A stretch of DNA of 64,000 bases from Alphaproteobacteria bacterium. GTDB lineage: Bacteria; Pseudomonadota; Alphaproteobacteria; MPNO01. The notes beneath the pieces are model-generated. The model did no database searches. It was given only the letters and a program-made list of their open reading frames with translations, and had not been told where the DNA came from. The first letter of the stretch is position 1, and each line of letters begins with the position of its first letter. A program made the translations under genes and the position numbers. Where the stretch lies: positions 384,001 to 448,000 of the forward strand of contig OZ219866.1 of the NCBI GenBank assembly GCA_964291675.2. The letters run 5' to 3'. Shown here in pieces: positions 9,386-19,708 of the stretch.

Positions 9386-10957
9386 ATGACGCAGACTAGC
9401 CCCGCTGCCGGGTCCGAATTCTGGACCGACGACACGCTGACCAGCCTGCTGGAACGCTGCGTGCGGGACCGCGGCGATGCGCCGGCGATCCTCACCGCCG
9501 GGGAGGTCGTCGACTGGCGCGGCGTCGCCGAGCGGGTCGATGCGCTGGCCGGCGGGCTCGCCGCGCTCGGCATCGGCCGCGGCGATGCGGTCGCGGTCCA
9601 GCTCCCCAACCTTCCGGCTTTCCTCTACGTGCTGCTCGCCGCATCCCGCCTCGGCGCGGTGACCAGCACCATCCACATGCCATACGGCCCGCGCGAGGCC
9701 GCGGACATCATTCGCCATGCCCGCGCCCGGCTCGTGTTCGCCGCGGCGGCGGCGGGCGAAAGGCGACCGGCCGCCGACATCGCCGCGCTCGGGCCGGACC
9801 TCCCCTCGCTCGCCCATGTCGTCGCCGTGGGCGGCCCGGCGGCCGCCGGCACGCTCGCCCTCGACGACGTGCCGCGCCCCGGCGCCGCGCTGCCGCCGCC
9901 GCCCGCAGCGGACGACGCCTATGTCATGCTGTTCACCTCCGGCACGTCGTCGAGCCCGAAGGCGGTGCTCACCGACTATCGCCGGTTCCTCGCCAACGCC
10001 CGGCTCAATTGCAGCGAAAAGCAGATGGGTCCGGGCTCGATCATGCTGTCGGCAGCGCCCTACAGCCACCTGTTCGGGCTGTATTCGTTCCACCTCACGC
10101 TCTATGGCGGCGGCGCGACGGCGCTGCTGCCGGCGTTCACGCCCCCCGGCCTGGTCGAGGCGGTACAGGCTTTCCGGCCGACCCACATCTTCGCCGCGCC
10201 TGCGCATATCGCCTCCTGCCTCGGCGCCGGGCTGCTCGGAGGCGACACGCTCGCCCCGGTCCGCTACTGCGTGGTCTCGGGCGCCAAGGCCGCGCCGGAG
10301 TTCTACCGCCGGGCGCAGGCGGCGCTGGGGAGCGGCCGCATCGCGCAGCTCTGGGGGATGACCGAGTGCCAGTGCGGCATGTTCACCCGGCCCTGGGAGG
10401 ATGCCGAGCGGGCGGCATGGGGCTGCGGACGGCCGAGCCCGGGAAACCGAGCCAGGGTGTGCGATGCGGACGACGAGCCGCTGCCGGCGGGCGAGGAGGG
10501 CGCGTTGCAGATCCGCGGCGCCTCGGTGTTCGACGGCTATCACGGCAATGACGAGGCCAACGCGGCCGCGTTCACCGCCGATGGCTGGTACCGCACCGGC
10601 GACCGGGCGGTGATCGACGCGACCGGCGCGGTGTCGATCACCGGGCGCGAGAAGGATTTGATCAACCGGGGCGGCGTGAAGATCAACCCGGCCGATGTCG
10701 AGGAGGCGATCGACCGCCACCCGGATATCGTCCAGTCGGCGATCGTCCCCATGCCGGACCCGGTGCTGGGCGAGCGGGCGTGCTGCTTCGCCATCCCCCG
10801 CGACGGCGCGGCGCCCGAGCTCGGCGATCTCGCGGCCTGGCTCGAAAGCCACGGGATCGCCAGGCTGAAATGGCCGGAGCGGCTGATCCTGGTCGACGAC
10901 ATGCCGCTGACCCCGACCCGGAAGGTGATCAAGGGACGCCTCCGGATCCCCGATTGA
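9386..10957 (+). CDS. Acyl/aryl-CoA ligase (cyclohexanecarboxylate-CoA ligase-like)
   Basis: FTSGTSSSPK, WGMTE, WYRTGD, GREKDLINRGG, PDPVLGERAC, MPLTPTRK. Confidence 0.9.
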   Translation: MTQTSPAAGSEFWTDDTLTSLLERCVRDRGDAPAILTAGEVVDWRGVAERVDALAGGLAALGIGRGDAVAVQLPNLPAFLYVLLAASRLGAVTSTIHMPYGPREAADIIRHARARLVFAAAAAGERRPAADIAALGPDLPSLAHVVAVGGPAAAGTLALDDVPRPGAALPPPPAADDAYVMLFTSGTSSSPKAVLTDYRRFLANARLNCSEKQMGPGSIMLSAAPYSHLFGLYSFHLTLYGGGATALLPAFTPPGLVEAVQAFRPTHIFAAPAHIASCLGAGLLGGDTLAPVRYCVVSGAKAAPEFYRRAQAALGSGRIAQLWGMTECQCGMFTRPWEDAERAAWGCGRPSPGNRARVCDADDEPLPAGEEGALQIRGASVFDGYHGNDEANAAAFTADGWYRTGDRAVIDATGAVSITGREKDLINRGGVKINPADVEEAIDRHPDIVQSAIVPMPDPVLGERACCFAIPRDGAAPELGDLAAWLESHGIARLKWPERLILVDDMPLTPTRKVIKGRLRIPD

Positions 10958-10972
10958 AGACTGGAGCGCGCG

Positions 10973-11770
10973 ATGGAACCTTACCGGACGATCGGCGTGG
11001 AGACCGATGCGCGCGGGATCGCGACGATCGCGCTCGACCGCCCCGAACGGCGCAACGCGATCGACCTCGCGATGATGGACGAGCTGCTCGCCGCGTTCGA
11101 CCGACTGGGCGCGGACGACGGGGTGCGCGCCATCGTGCTCCGCGGCAACGGCAAGGTGTTCTCGGCCGGCGGCGATCTCAACTGGATGCGCGACACCAGG
11201 GGCGCGAGCGAGGACGAGGTGGCGCGCGACTCGGCGCGGCTGCAACGGGTCTACGCGGCTGCCGCCGCCTGCCCCAGGATGCTCGTCGGCCGGCTGCACG
11301 GCGCGGCGATGGCGGGCGCGCTCGGCCTGGTCGCGTGCTGCGACGTCGCCATCGCAGAAGCCGACACCAGGTTCTGCCTGTCCGAGGTGAGGCTGGGCCT
11401 CGCCCCCGGCATCATCGCTGGGTTCCTGCTGCCGAGGATCGGCGCCGGCTGGTTCCGCTACCTCGCGACGGGCGCGGTGGTGTTCGGGACCGAAACGGCC
11501 GCGCGCGCGGGCCTGGTTCACGAGGTGGCGGCGGACGAAGCCGATCTCGACGCAAGGGTGGAGGCGCATTGCCGCCTCGCGCTCGCCGCCGCGCCGGAGG
11601 CGATCGCCGCCACCAAGGCGCTTCTCGCCGACCTCGGCCACGCGCCGGACCCGAGGCTGTTCGAGGCCGGGCTCGGCTGGAACGTCAGGACCCGCATGTC
11701 GGACGCGGCCCAGGAGGGGATCGGCGCCTTCCTCGAACGCCGCAAGGCGCGCTGGGCGGTCGACGCCTAG
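10973..11770 (+). CDS. Enoyl-CoA hydratase/isomerase (methylglutaconyl-CoA hydratase-like)
   Basis: RPERRNAID, FSAGGDLNWM, FCLSEVRLGLAP, EGIGAFLERR. Confidence 0.9.
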   Translation: MEPYRTIGVETDARGIATIALDRPERRNAIDLAMMDELLAAFDRLGADDGVRAIVLRGNGKVFSAGGDLNWMRDTRGASEDEVARDSARLQRVYAAAAACPRMLVGRLHGAAMAGALGLVACCDVAIAEADTRFCLSEVRLGLAPGIIAGFLLPRIGAGWFRYLATGAVVFGTETAARAGLVHEVAADEADLDARVEAHCRLALAAAPEAIAATKALLADLGHAPDPRLFEAGLGWNVRTRMSDAAQEGIGAFLERRKARWAVDA

Positions 11771-11809
11771 CACCGGCGATGCCACGATAGCGGCGTCGGG
11801 GAGGAGCGC

Positions 11810-12820
11810 ATGTTCGTAAAGCAGGCTTGGTATGTCGCGGCCACCGCCGCCGAAATCGGCCGCACCCCGCTCGCGCGCCAGGTTTGCGGCGAGCCCATCG
11901 TGTTCTTCCGCGGCGAGGACGGGACCGCGCACGCTCTTGCCGACCGCTGCATCCATCGCCGCCTGCCGCTCTCCCGGGGGCGGCTGGCGGGCGACCGGCT
12001 GGTCTGCGGCTATCACGGCTTCGCCTACGACCCGGAGGGGCGATGCGTCGCCGTGCCGGGGCAGGACCGGGTGCCGCGCCGCGCCGCGGTGCGCGCCTAC
12101 CCGCTGGTGGAGCGATACGGCTGGATCTGGGTCTGGATGGGGGCGCCGGACGCCGCCGATCCGTCGCTCTTGCCGGCGATGCCCGGGCTCGACGAGGACG
12201 GCTGGGTGCCGTTCCGCGACCGCCTCAATGTCCGGGCGCATTACCAGCTCCTGGTCGACAACCTGATCGACCTGTCGCACGAGACCTATGTGCATACCTC
12301 CAGCATCGGCAACGACGCCGTCGCCGAGACGCCGATCGAGTCGCGCCGGCAGGGAAACGAGGTTTTCGTCGACCGCATCATGCGCGACATCCCGCCGCCG
12401 CCCTTCTTCGCCCGGGCGGCCGGGAGCGACGCGAGTATCGACCGCTACCAGCTGGTCCATTTCCAGCCGCCCTGCTACGTGCATGTCGAGGTGCGGGCGG
12501 TGCCGCCCGGGAACGACGACCCCAATGCCGGGGTGCGGTTCTTCGTGCTGGACTGCCTGACGCCCGAGACCGAGCGCACGACCAACTATTTCTGGGCGGT
12601 GTCGCGCAACTTCCGGCTGACCGACGGCGAATTCGGCGAATGGTGGCATCGGGTGGTCTGCGGCATCTTCGAGGAGGACCGCGCGATCCTCGAAGCGCAG
12701 CAGGTCTCGATCGAGGCGGACAGCAGCGGGGTACGCACGGTCGACGTGGCGATCGACGGCGGCACCATCCTCGCCCGCCAGGTGGTCGACGGGCTTCTCG
12801 CCGCGGAGAACGCCGCTTGA
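11810..12820 (+). CDS. Rieske non-heme iron oxygenase subunit (VanA/O-demethylase family)
   Basis: Rieske motif CIH-x16-CGYH; mononuclear Fe motif DNLIDLSHETYVH; C-terminal EEDRAILEAQQ. Confidence 0.92.
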   Translation: MFVKQAWYVAATAAEIGRTPLARQVCGEPIVFFRGEDGTAHALADRCIHRRLPLSRGRLAGDRLVCGYHGFAYDPEGRCVAVPGQDRVPRRAAVRAYPLVERYGWIWVWMGAPDAADPSLLPAMPGLDEDGWVPFRDRLNVRAHYQLLVDNLIDLSHETYVHTSSIGNDAVAETPIESRRQGNEVFVDRIMRDIPPPPFFARAAGSDASIDRYQLVHFQPPCYVHVEVRAVPPGNDDPNAGVRFFVLDCLTPETERTTNYFWAVSRNFRLTDGEFGEWWHRVVCGIFEEDRAILEAQQVSIEADSSGVRTVDVAIDGGTILARQVVDGLLAAENAA

Positions 12821-12830
12821 CGGGCGCAAG

Positions 12831-13280
12831 CTAAGCGAACAGCGCCGCCGCCTCGTCTTCCAGCATCGGGCCGGTGACCGCCATCTCGCGTACGCCGCGC
12901 CCGGCGACCTCGTAGCAGCGCAGGTTCATCATCGGCGGCCCGCCCGCGCCGCGGATCTCGACCAGCCGCGGATGGGAGAGCCCGAAGACGATGCGCTCCA
13001 GCCCGGACCAGTAGGCGGCGACGGCGCACATCGCGCAGGGCTCGCAGCTCGTATAGAGGGTGTAGCCGCCGAGCGCCGGGCCGAGCTCGCGGCTCGCTTC
13101 GCGGATCAGGTTGATCTCGGCATGGCCGGTCACGTCGCCGGTGGTGATCATGTCGTTCTCGGCTTCGAGGACGATCCCGCCCGCGGCATCGACCAGCACC
13201 GAGCCGAAAGGCGGGTTGCCGTTCGCCGCCGCGCGCCGCGCCGCCGCGAAAGCGCGTCTCAGCAGTTCCTCTTCGCCCAT
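12831..13280 (-). CDS. Nucleoside deaminase (cytidine/guanine deaminase family)
   Basis: PFGSVLV, HAE, EPCAMC zinc-binding motifs. Confidence 0.9.
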   Translation of the reverse strand: MGEEELLRRAFAAARRAAANGNPPFGSVLVDAAGGIVLEAENDMITTGDVTGHAEINLIREASRELGPALGGYTLYTSCEPCAMCAVAAYWSGLERIVFGLSHPRLVEIRGAGGPPMMNLRCYEVAGRGVREMAVTGPMLEDEAAALFA

Positions 13281-13366
13281 CGCCTGTCTCCTGCCTGTTG
13301 CGCCCGCGGACCGCGCGGCAGCAAACTGTCCCGCCGCCGCCATCGTCAGCCCCGGGAGAGCCGCGG

Positions 13367-14425
13367 ATGAAATTCGGCCTGTTCTATCTGCCGACCTACC
13401 TGCCGCAGATCCGCGACGCCCATACCCATTACCACAACATGGTGGAGCAGGTCGTCTACGCCGACCGGATCGGCATCGACTACGCCTGGATGGTCGAGCA
13501 CCACTTCGTCCGCCACGGCGGGCTGCTGCCGGCGAACTACGCCTTCCTCTCCTTCCTCGCGGGGCGGACCGAGCGAATCCGCCTCGGCACCGGGGCGACG
13601 ATCCTGCCGCTGAACGACCCGGTGCGGGTGGCCGAGCAGGCCGCCGCGCTCGACCAGCTCTCCAAAGGGAGGTTCGATTTCGGCGTCGGGCGCGGCTTCA
13701 TCCGCGACGAGTTCGACGCCTTCGGCATCCCGATGAGGGAGAGCCGGGAGCGGGTCGAGCAGGGGGTCGCCCTGATCAAGGAGGCATGGTCGGCGCCGAC
13801 GCTCGAATTCGACGGCGGGTTCCGGCCCGCGATGACCGGGCTGCCGATCCTGCCGCCGGTCTACCAGAAGCCGCACCCGCCGATCTGGGTCGCCTGCCTG
13901 TTGTCGCCCGAGAGCTTCGAATGGACGGCGAGGGAGGGCCACAACCTGCTCTACGTCGCCTATCACGTCGACCACGAGATCGCGGTCGAGCGCATCGGCT
14001 GGTACCGGGACGCGCTCGAGGAGGCCGGGCGGAAGGTCGAGGATCACGAGATCTGCTGCGTCTATCACGCGTATTTCCTGGCCGAGGGGGACGATTCCAG
14101 GCTGGAGGCGACGGTGCACGGGCCGATGAGCGAATACGCCGCGGCCGGGCTCGAAGCCACCCGCAACCCCGCCGACCCCGTCGCCTACAAGGGCTACGAG
14201 CAGCGCGACGCCGGCCAGCGCCGGTTCACCTTCGAGTCCTACTTCCCGGGGCGCGTGCTGATGGGCGGGCCGGAACAGGCGATCGAGCGCATCCGGGCGC
14301 TGGCCGATATCGGCATCACCCAGATCGGCATGCTGGTCGATTTCGGCTCGCTGCCCCAGGCCGAGATCATGCGCTCGCTGGAGATCTTCGGAAAGGAGGT
14401 CCTGCCCCATGTGAGGGATCTGTAG
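13367..14425 (+). CDS. LLM-class (luciferase-like) flavin-dependent oxidoreductase
   Basis: MKFGLF, EHHF, RTERIRLGTG, GRFDFGVGRG, QKPHPPIW. Confidence 0.92.
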   Translation: MKFGLFYLPTYLPQIRDAHTHYHNMVEQVVYADRIGIDYAWMVEHHFVRHGGLLPANYAFLSFLAGRTERIRLGTGATILPLNDPVRVAEQAAALDQLSKGRFDFGVGRGFIRDEFDAFGIPMRESRERVEQGVALIKEAWSAPTLEFDGGFRPAMTGLPILPPVYQKPHPPIWVACLLSPESFEWTAREGHNLLYVAYHVDHEIAVERIGWYRDALEEAGRKVEDHEICCVYHAYFLAEGDDSRLEATVHGPMSEYAAAGLEATRNPADPVAYKGYEQRDAGQRRFTFESYFPGRVLMGGPEQAIERIRALADIGITQIGMLVDFGSLPQAEIMRSLEIFGKEVLPHVRDL

Positions 14426-14447
14426 GGGCTTCGCCCGACTCCGCCGT

Positions 14448-14894
14448 CTAAGCGAGCCCCTTCTTCGCCAGCTCCTGCTTCGCCGAGGCGGTCTTTTCGA
14501 GCCCGTCGAGCCCCATGCCGCGCAGGATCGGCTCGGCCTTGGTGAACTGGATGTCGTCGTAGGGCACGACCTCGACGCGGTTGCCCCAGGGGTCGCGGAA
14601 ATTGAGCCGGTTGCCGATCATCTCCGCGCCGAGCTCTTCGAGCGCCGCGCGGACCGTGCTGCGGTCGTCCACCACCAGCCCGAAATGGCGCTTCGCGTCG
14701 GGCGAGCCGCCGCTGTTCAGGGTCAGCTGGATGAACTGGTCGCCCATGTCGATGAAGGCGTTGGTCTCGCCGCGCCCGCGCAGCTCGAACTCGAACACGG
14801 CGCCGTAGAAATCGAGCGCCGCGTCGAGATCGTCGACCTCGAGCACGACATGGTTGATGCCCATCACGCGGGCCTTCTTGCGGGTTTCCGCCAT
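14448..14894 (-). CDS. VOC/glyoxalase family protein
   Basis: GINHVVLEVDDLDAALDFY...HFGLVV...DPWGNRVE. Confidence 0.88.
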   Translation of the reverse strand: MAETRKKARVMGINHVVLEVDDLDAALDFYGAVFEFELRGRGETNAFIDMGDQFIQLTLNSGGSPDAKRHFGLVVDDRSTVRAALEELGAEMIGNRLNFRDPWGNRVEVVPYDDIQFTKAEPILRGMGLDGLEKTASAKQELAKKGLA

Positions 14895-14908
14895 TTCTCC
14901 CTCCCTCG

Positions 14909-15670
14909 CTATCGCGGCGGCAGGCGGACCGCGCCGTCGAGCCGGATGGTCTCGCCGTTGAGCAGCGGGTTCTCCACGATGTGCTGGACGAGATGCGCGT
15001 ATTCCTCCGGCAGGCCGAGACGCGCCGGGAACTGGGTGATCGAGAGCAGCCCCTCGCGCACCGCATCGGGCACGTTGTCGAACATCGGCGTCTGCAGGAT
15101 GCCGGGCGCGATGGTCACGACGCGCACGCCCATGCGGGCGAATTCGCGCGCCGCGGGCAGCGTCAGCGAGGCGATGGCGCCCTTGGAGGCCGCATAGGCG
15201 GCCTGGCCGATCTGCCCGTCATAGGCGGCGACCGAGGCGGTGTTGACGACCACGCCGCGCTCGCCGGCCTCGTTCGGATCGAGGCCCGACATGGCGGCGA
15301 CGGCGAGCCGCATCGCGTTGAAGCTGCCGAACAGGTTGATGTCGACCACGCGGGTAAAATCTTCCAGCGGCATCGGTCCGCCGCGCCCGACGATGCGCCC
15401 GGCAGCCCCGATTCCGGCGCAGTTGACCAGCACCCGGGGGGTCCCGAGCGCGTCCGAGATTTCGGCGAGCGCCGCCTGCATCGCGTCCGCGCTGGTGACA
15501 TCGCAGCCCACCCCGGCGCCGCCGATCTCCGCGCCCACGGCTTTCGCGCCGTCGCCGTTGAGATCGACGATGCCGACCCTTGCCCCGAGCTCGGCCAGAC
15601 GCCTGGCGCTCGCCGCGCCGAGGCCGGATGCGCCGCCGGTGACCAGCGCCGAAATGCCCGCGATATCCAT
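14909..15670 (-). CDS. SDR, 3-hydroxyacyl-CoA dehydrogenase type II (HSD10-like)
   Basis: TGGASGLG, VNCAGI, TASVAAYDGQIGQAAYAASKG, LNGETIRLDGA. Confidence 0.93.
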   Translation of the reverse strand: MDIAGISALVTGGASGLGAASARRLAELGARVGIVDLNGDGAKAVGAEIGGAGVGCDVTSADAMQAALAEISDALGTPRVLVNCAGIGAAGRIVGRGGPMPLEDFTRVVDINLFGSFNAMRLAVAAMSGLDPNEAGERGVVVNTASVAAYDGQIGQAAYAASKGAIASLTLPAAREFARMGVRVVTIAPGILQTPMFDNVPDAVREGLLSITQFPARLGLPEEYAHLVQHIVENPLLNGETIRLDGAVRLPPR

Positions 15671-15758
15671 CCCCGTCCCCCTCTCCGGTACCGCCGTCAG
15701 TTTACACCGCCGGCCCCGGCCCCTATAGCTGGCGCGAAACAAGCGGGTCAATTCCGAC

Positions 15759-16541
15759 GTGACGACGTTCGAGAGCGAGGCGCTGCGGTTCGAGCAGCGG
15801 GGGCCGGTCGCGATCCTCACCATCGACCGGGCGGAGAAGGGAAACGCGGTCGACACCCGGCTGATCCAGGACATCAACCGCTTCTTCCAGGCGGTGCCGG
15901 AGGAGGCGCGGGCGGTCGTGCTGTGCGGCGCGGGCCGGCATTTCTGCGCCGGGCTCGACCTCGCCGAGCACAAGGAGCGCGATCCCGTCGAATCCTTCGA
16001 GGCCTCGCGCTACTGGCACCGCACGCTCGACATGGTGGAGTTCGGCGGGGTCCCCGTGGTCGCCGCCATGCAGGGCGCGGTGATGGGGGGCGGGCTGGAG
16101 ATCGCCGCCGCCACCCATGTCCGGGTCGCCGAGCCGAGCGCGATCTACCAGCTCCCCGAGGGCCAGCGCGGCATCTTCGTGGGCGGCGGGGCGACGGTGC
16201 GGGTCACGCGCATCATCGGCGCCGGGCGCACCACCGAGATGATGCTGACCGGACGCCGCGTCTCCGCCGAGGAAGGCCAGGCGCTCGGCCTGTCGCACTA
16301 CCTGGTGGGCGAGGGCGAGGCGCTGGACAAGGCGATCGCCCTGGCCGGGACGATCGCCGGCAACGCGCCGATGGTCAACACGATGGCGGTCGGCGCGATC
16401 GGCCGCATCGCCGACATGTCGCGGCAGGAGGGACTGTTCACCGAATCGGTCGCCTCCGCGCTGACCCAGACCAGCACCGATGCGCGCGCCGGAATCGAGG
16501 CGTTCCTCGAAAGGCGCAAGGCCAAGTTTGGCGGAGACTAG
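15759..16541 (+). CDS. Crotonase/enoyl-CoA hydratase
   Basis: HFCAGLDL, GGGLE, LPEGQRGIFVGGG; GTG start. Confidence 0.9.
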   Translation: MTTFESEALRFEQRGPVAILTIDRAEKGNAVDTRLIQDINRFFQAVPEEARAVVLCGAGRHFCAGLDLAEHKERDPVESFEASRYWHRTLDMVEFGGVPVVAAMQGAVMGGGLEIAAATHVRVAEPSAIYQLPEGQRGIFVGGGATVRVTRIIGAGRTTEMMLTGRRVSAEEGQALGLSHYLVGEGEALDKAIALAGTIAGNAPMVNTMAVGAIGRIADMSRQEGLFTESVASALTQTSTDARAGIEAFLERRKAKFGGD

Positions 16542-17467
16542 GAGGAATCGGCCTCCCGCGCGCCCGGTCGCGCCTTCTCGATCCGGACCGCGAGCACGGC
16601 GCCGATCACCAGCGCGGCGCCGGCGAGCTGGAGCGGGGTCAGCACCTGGCCCAGGATAAGGAACCCGGCGGCGATGGCGAACACGGGCTCCAGGTTCATC
16701 AGCAGCGAGGCGCGGATCGAACCGATCAGCGCGATCGCCCCGAAGAAGCCGAGCATCGACACGGCGTAGAACAGCGGCAGCGCGATCAGCCCGGCCCAGC
16801 CCTTTGCGGTCTGGGGGAGCGCGATGTCGCCGGCGACCAGGCAGATCGCGAGATAGATCAGCCCCGCCGAGATCTGCAGATGGAAGGTGAACAGGCGGGG
16901 GTCCTGGGTGCGCATCGCCCCGCCGCTCGCGACCACGAGGATCGACCATGAGATCGCCGCCCCGATGGCGAGCAGCGACCCCCACAGATTGGACCCTTGG
17001 CCGGTCGCGTCGAAGACCAGGATCAAGCCGGCGAAGGCGACGACGAGCCCGACCGCGATCGCCGGCGTGATCCGGTCCTGGCGGAAGGCGATGGCGAGCA
17101 GGGCGACCAGGATCGGGTAGATGTAGAAGATGGCGAAGGTGAGCCCGACCGCGATATGGGCGATCGAGGTGTAGAGGCAATAGGCCTGGATCGCGGCAAG
17201 CCCGCCGAGGGCGAGCGAGATCAGCCGCTCGCGGCGCGGCAGCGCGAAGCCGACGCCGGTGAAATGGAGCAGCGGCACGAAGACCAGCATCGCCCCGGCA
17301 TAGCGCGCGCTGATCGCCGCCAGCGGCCCGCCGCCGCCCTCGTAGGAGAACACCGCCGCCACCGTGGAGGCGGTGAAGGTGAGCGTCGCCCCGACCGCGA
17401 GCGCGATCCCGGCGAGCCCGCGCCGCCGGGCCGGGTCGTCGAGGAGCCCGGCCAAGACCGGAAGCAC
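16538..17467 (-). CDS. DMT/EamA family transporter
   Basis: About 10 hydrophobic segments in two repeats; IYPILV, LEPVFA. Confidence 0.87.
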   Translation of the reverse strand: MLPVLAGLLDDPARRRGLAGIALAVGATLTFTASTVAAVFSYEGGGGPLAAISARYAGAMLVFVPLLHFTGVGFALPRRERLISLALGGLAAIQAYCLYTSIAHIAVGLTFAIFYIYPILVALLAIAFRQDRITPAIAVGLVVAFAGLILVFDATGQGSNLWGSLLAIGAAISWSILVVASGGAMRTQDPRLFTFHLQISAGLIYLAICLVAGDIALPQTAKGWAGLIALPLFYAVSMLGFFGAIALIGSIRASLLMNLEPVFAIAAGFLILGQVLTPLQLAGAALVIGAVLAVRIEKARPGAREADSS

Positions 17468-17489
17468 GCGACCCGCCCTCGGCGGCTCG

Positions 17490-18494
17490 TCAGTTGAGCT
17501 TCAGGAGCTTCTTCGCGTTGTCGAGATAGAGCGCGCTGCGCTCGGCGTCGGTCACCTCGATCCCGTCGAGGATACGGATGGTCTCGCGGATATACATCGG
17601 CCCGCCCTCGGGATCGAACGGGCAGTCGGAGGCGAACAGGCACTTGTCGATGCCGAAGAAGGCAAGCCCGCAATCGGTCGCCGCGTCCGAGCCGAAGGTG
17701 GCGGTGTCGGCGTAGAACATCTTGAAGTAGTCGACCGGGCGCTTCTTCATCGAGGCCAGCAGCGCCTCGTAGTCCTCGTCCGCCGTGCGCGTGCCGAGCT
17801 GGTCCCAGCCCGGCCCGACGCGGCCCTCGAAATAGGGGATCATCGCGCCCAGATGGTGCGAGATGATCTTGATGCCGGGCAGCTTGTCGAAGATCCCGGA
17901 AAACACGATCCGGGCCATCGCCGCCGAGGTCTCGTAGGGCCAGCCGAAGGTCCACCAGATCTCGTACTTGGACTTGTCCTCGGTCAGGTAGTCGGGGTGG
18001 TTGGCGGCGCGCGCGGGATGCAGCCAGATCGGCAAATCGTGCCCCGCCATCTTCTCGAACACCGGGTAGAACTCGGGCTCGTCGAGCGGCCGGTTGTTGA
18101 CGTGGCTGAAGATCTGCACGCCGCAGGCGCCGAGCTCGCCGATGGCGCGGTCGATCTCGTCCACCGTCGCGTCCATGTTGTTCATCGGCAGCGAGGCGAT
18201 GAAGCTCGGGAAGCGGTCCGGGTAGCGCCGGCAGAGCGCCGCCATGCCGTCATTGGCGAGCCGGGCGAGCTCGGGCGTCCGCTCGGGGCCGGCGATGAAC
18301 TCGATCGGCGGCATCGAGTTGGACAGGATCTGCTGGTACTCGCCGAAGGAGTCCATCATCCGCAGCCTTGCGTCCACATCGTAGAGCACCGGGATGTTGA
18401 GCCAGCGCTTGATCGGCCCCTTGTTGGGGATGACCTCCTGCATGCGCTCGAAATACTTGACCGGAAAGATGTGGTTGTAGATGTCGAGCTTCAT
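17490..18494 (-). CDS. Amidohydrolase-2 family protein (ACMSD/aromatic decarboxylase or ring-opening hydrolase-like)
   Basis: DIYNH, ARLANDG, WLHP, FGWPYET, HHLGAMIPY, FASDCPF. Confidence 0.88.
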   Translation of the reverse strand: MKLDIYNHIFPVKYFERMQEVIPNKGPIKRWLNIPVLYDVDARLRMMDSFGEYQQILSNSMPPIEFIAGPERTPELARLANDGMAALCRRYPDRFPSFIASLPMNNMDATVDEIDRAIGELGACGVQIFSHVNNRPLDEPEFYPVFEKMAGHDLPIWLHPARAANHPDYLTEDKSKYEIWWTFGWPYETSAAMARIVFSGIFDKLPGIKIISHHLGAMIPYFEGRVGPGWDQLGTRTADEDYEALLASMKKRPVDYFKMFYADTATFGSDAATDCGLAFFGIDKCLFASDCPFDPEGGPMYIRETIRILDGIEVTDAERSALYLDNAKKLLKLN

Positions 18495-18698
18495 GGCGAA
18501 CCCCCCGCTCTCCGCCGCGCCGCCAGCGCGGCGCGCAACCCGCCGGCATTATGGCCGCCGCCCCGGAAGCTGCCAAGCAGAGGCCCCGAAGAGTCGCGCG
18601 ACTTGACAGTTGCACCGCCCCCACCCAGCATGAACGGACCGGTTCGCCTCCCGAGACCGGCCAGGCGGGCCGCCGGACGAATCGAAGGGAGGAATGAG

Positions 18699-19688
18699 AT
18701 GTTGAAGAAGCGTTTGCTGCTCGGGGGACTCTCCGTTCTGGCGGCAGCCGCGGTCTCGCTGCCCGCGCTCGCCCAGGCCCTCAAGGAAGTAACCACCACG
18801 GTCCCGAGGAACAGCGTCTTCATCCTCAGCGCCTATGGCGGCAAGGATGCGGGGATCTACGAGAAACACGGGATCGACTTGAAGCTCGATCCGCGGCCGT
18901 TCCGCGGCCACGTCGCGGGCCTCCCCGCCAAGGAATGCATGGTCACCTACTACCCCGGCACGGCGGCGATCGCCCGCATCAACAAGGGGCTCGACTGGGT
19001 GGTCATCGGCGGCGGGCTGACGGTGATGCAGGAGGTCATGGTCCGCAACGAGGCCCCGTTCAAGGCGGTCCCCGACCTGCGCGGCAAGAAGTTCTCCAGC
19101 TGGTCGACCGGCGCGGGCGCCTTCAAGGCGACCCGGGCGGCGCTGATCGACGCCTACGGCATCGACGTGCTCAAGGACACCGATTTCGTGCAGGCCGCCG
19201 CGCCGGCGCTGTTCAAATTCCTGGAGAACGGCAAGGTCGATTCGATGTTCAACATCTCCTCGTTGACCGTCGCGGCCCTGGCGCAGCCGGACAAGTACCG
19301 CTCGATCTTCTCGGCCAACGCCTATTGGAAGGAGAAGACGGGGTACCCGGTGGTCTGGTCGGCTCCGATCGTCGCCTGGCGCAGCTGGGTCGAGGAGGAC
19401 CCGGACCGCGCCAAGCGCTTCGTCGCGGCCTCGCACGAGGCCTGGGAGTGGCTGCGCAAGCCTGAAAACCTCGCCGCGGCGGTGAAGAAGCACGGCAAGC
19501 TCGCCGCGGTGAAGAACCAGGCCCAGGCCGACGTGTACAAGCGCCTGCTGTCCGAGAAGCGGGTGTTCCTGACCGACTGGAACCAGAAGGTGATCGACAC
19601 GCAATGGGCGTTCCTCGAAATGGCCCAGAAGCGCGGCGTGATCGACAAGGTTCCGGACAAGGCGAAGCACGGGCTGATCCTCGAATAG
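18699..19688 (+). CDS. ABC transporter substrate-binding protein (NMT1/THI5/SsuA-like), stand-alone
   Basis: Signal peptide, GIYEKHGIDLKL, DLRGKK; GGAGG RBS. Confidence 0.82.
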   Translation: MLKKRLLLGGLSVLAAAAVSLPALAQALKEVTTTVPRNSVFILSAYGGKDAGIYEKHGIDLKLDPRPFRGHVAGLPAKECMVTYYPGTAAIARINKGLDWVVIGGGLTVMQEVMVRNEAPFKAVPDLRGKKFSSWSTGAGAFKATRAALIDAYGIDVLKDTDFVQAAAPALFKFLENGKVDSMFNISSLTVAALAQPDKYRSIFSANAYWKEKTGYPVVWSAPIVAWRSWVEEDPDRAKRFVAASHEAWEWLRKPENLAAAVKKHGKLAAVKNQAQADVYKRLLSEKRVFLTDWNQKVIDTQWAFLEMAQKRGVIDKVPDKAKHGLILE

Positions 19689-19708
19689 GGACGCCCTGAC
19701 GCGAACGA

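Noticed and set aside
9288-9400. tRNA-Glu as the attachment site of a genomic island
   Set aside because: No integrase follows, I saw no repeat of the tRNA 3' end in the window, and downstream genes have host-like composition
9323-12829. Very long antisense and alternative-frame ORFs (for example 9323-12829 -, 17364-19688 N-terminal part, 20063-22396, 21837-24146)
   Set aside because: Shadow ORFs typical of very high GC DNA; Arg/Pro/Gly-rich, no motifs, and they overlap well-supported genes
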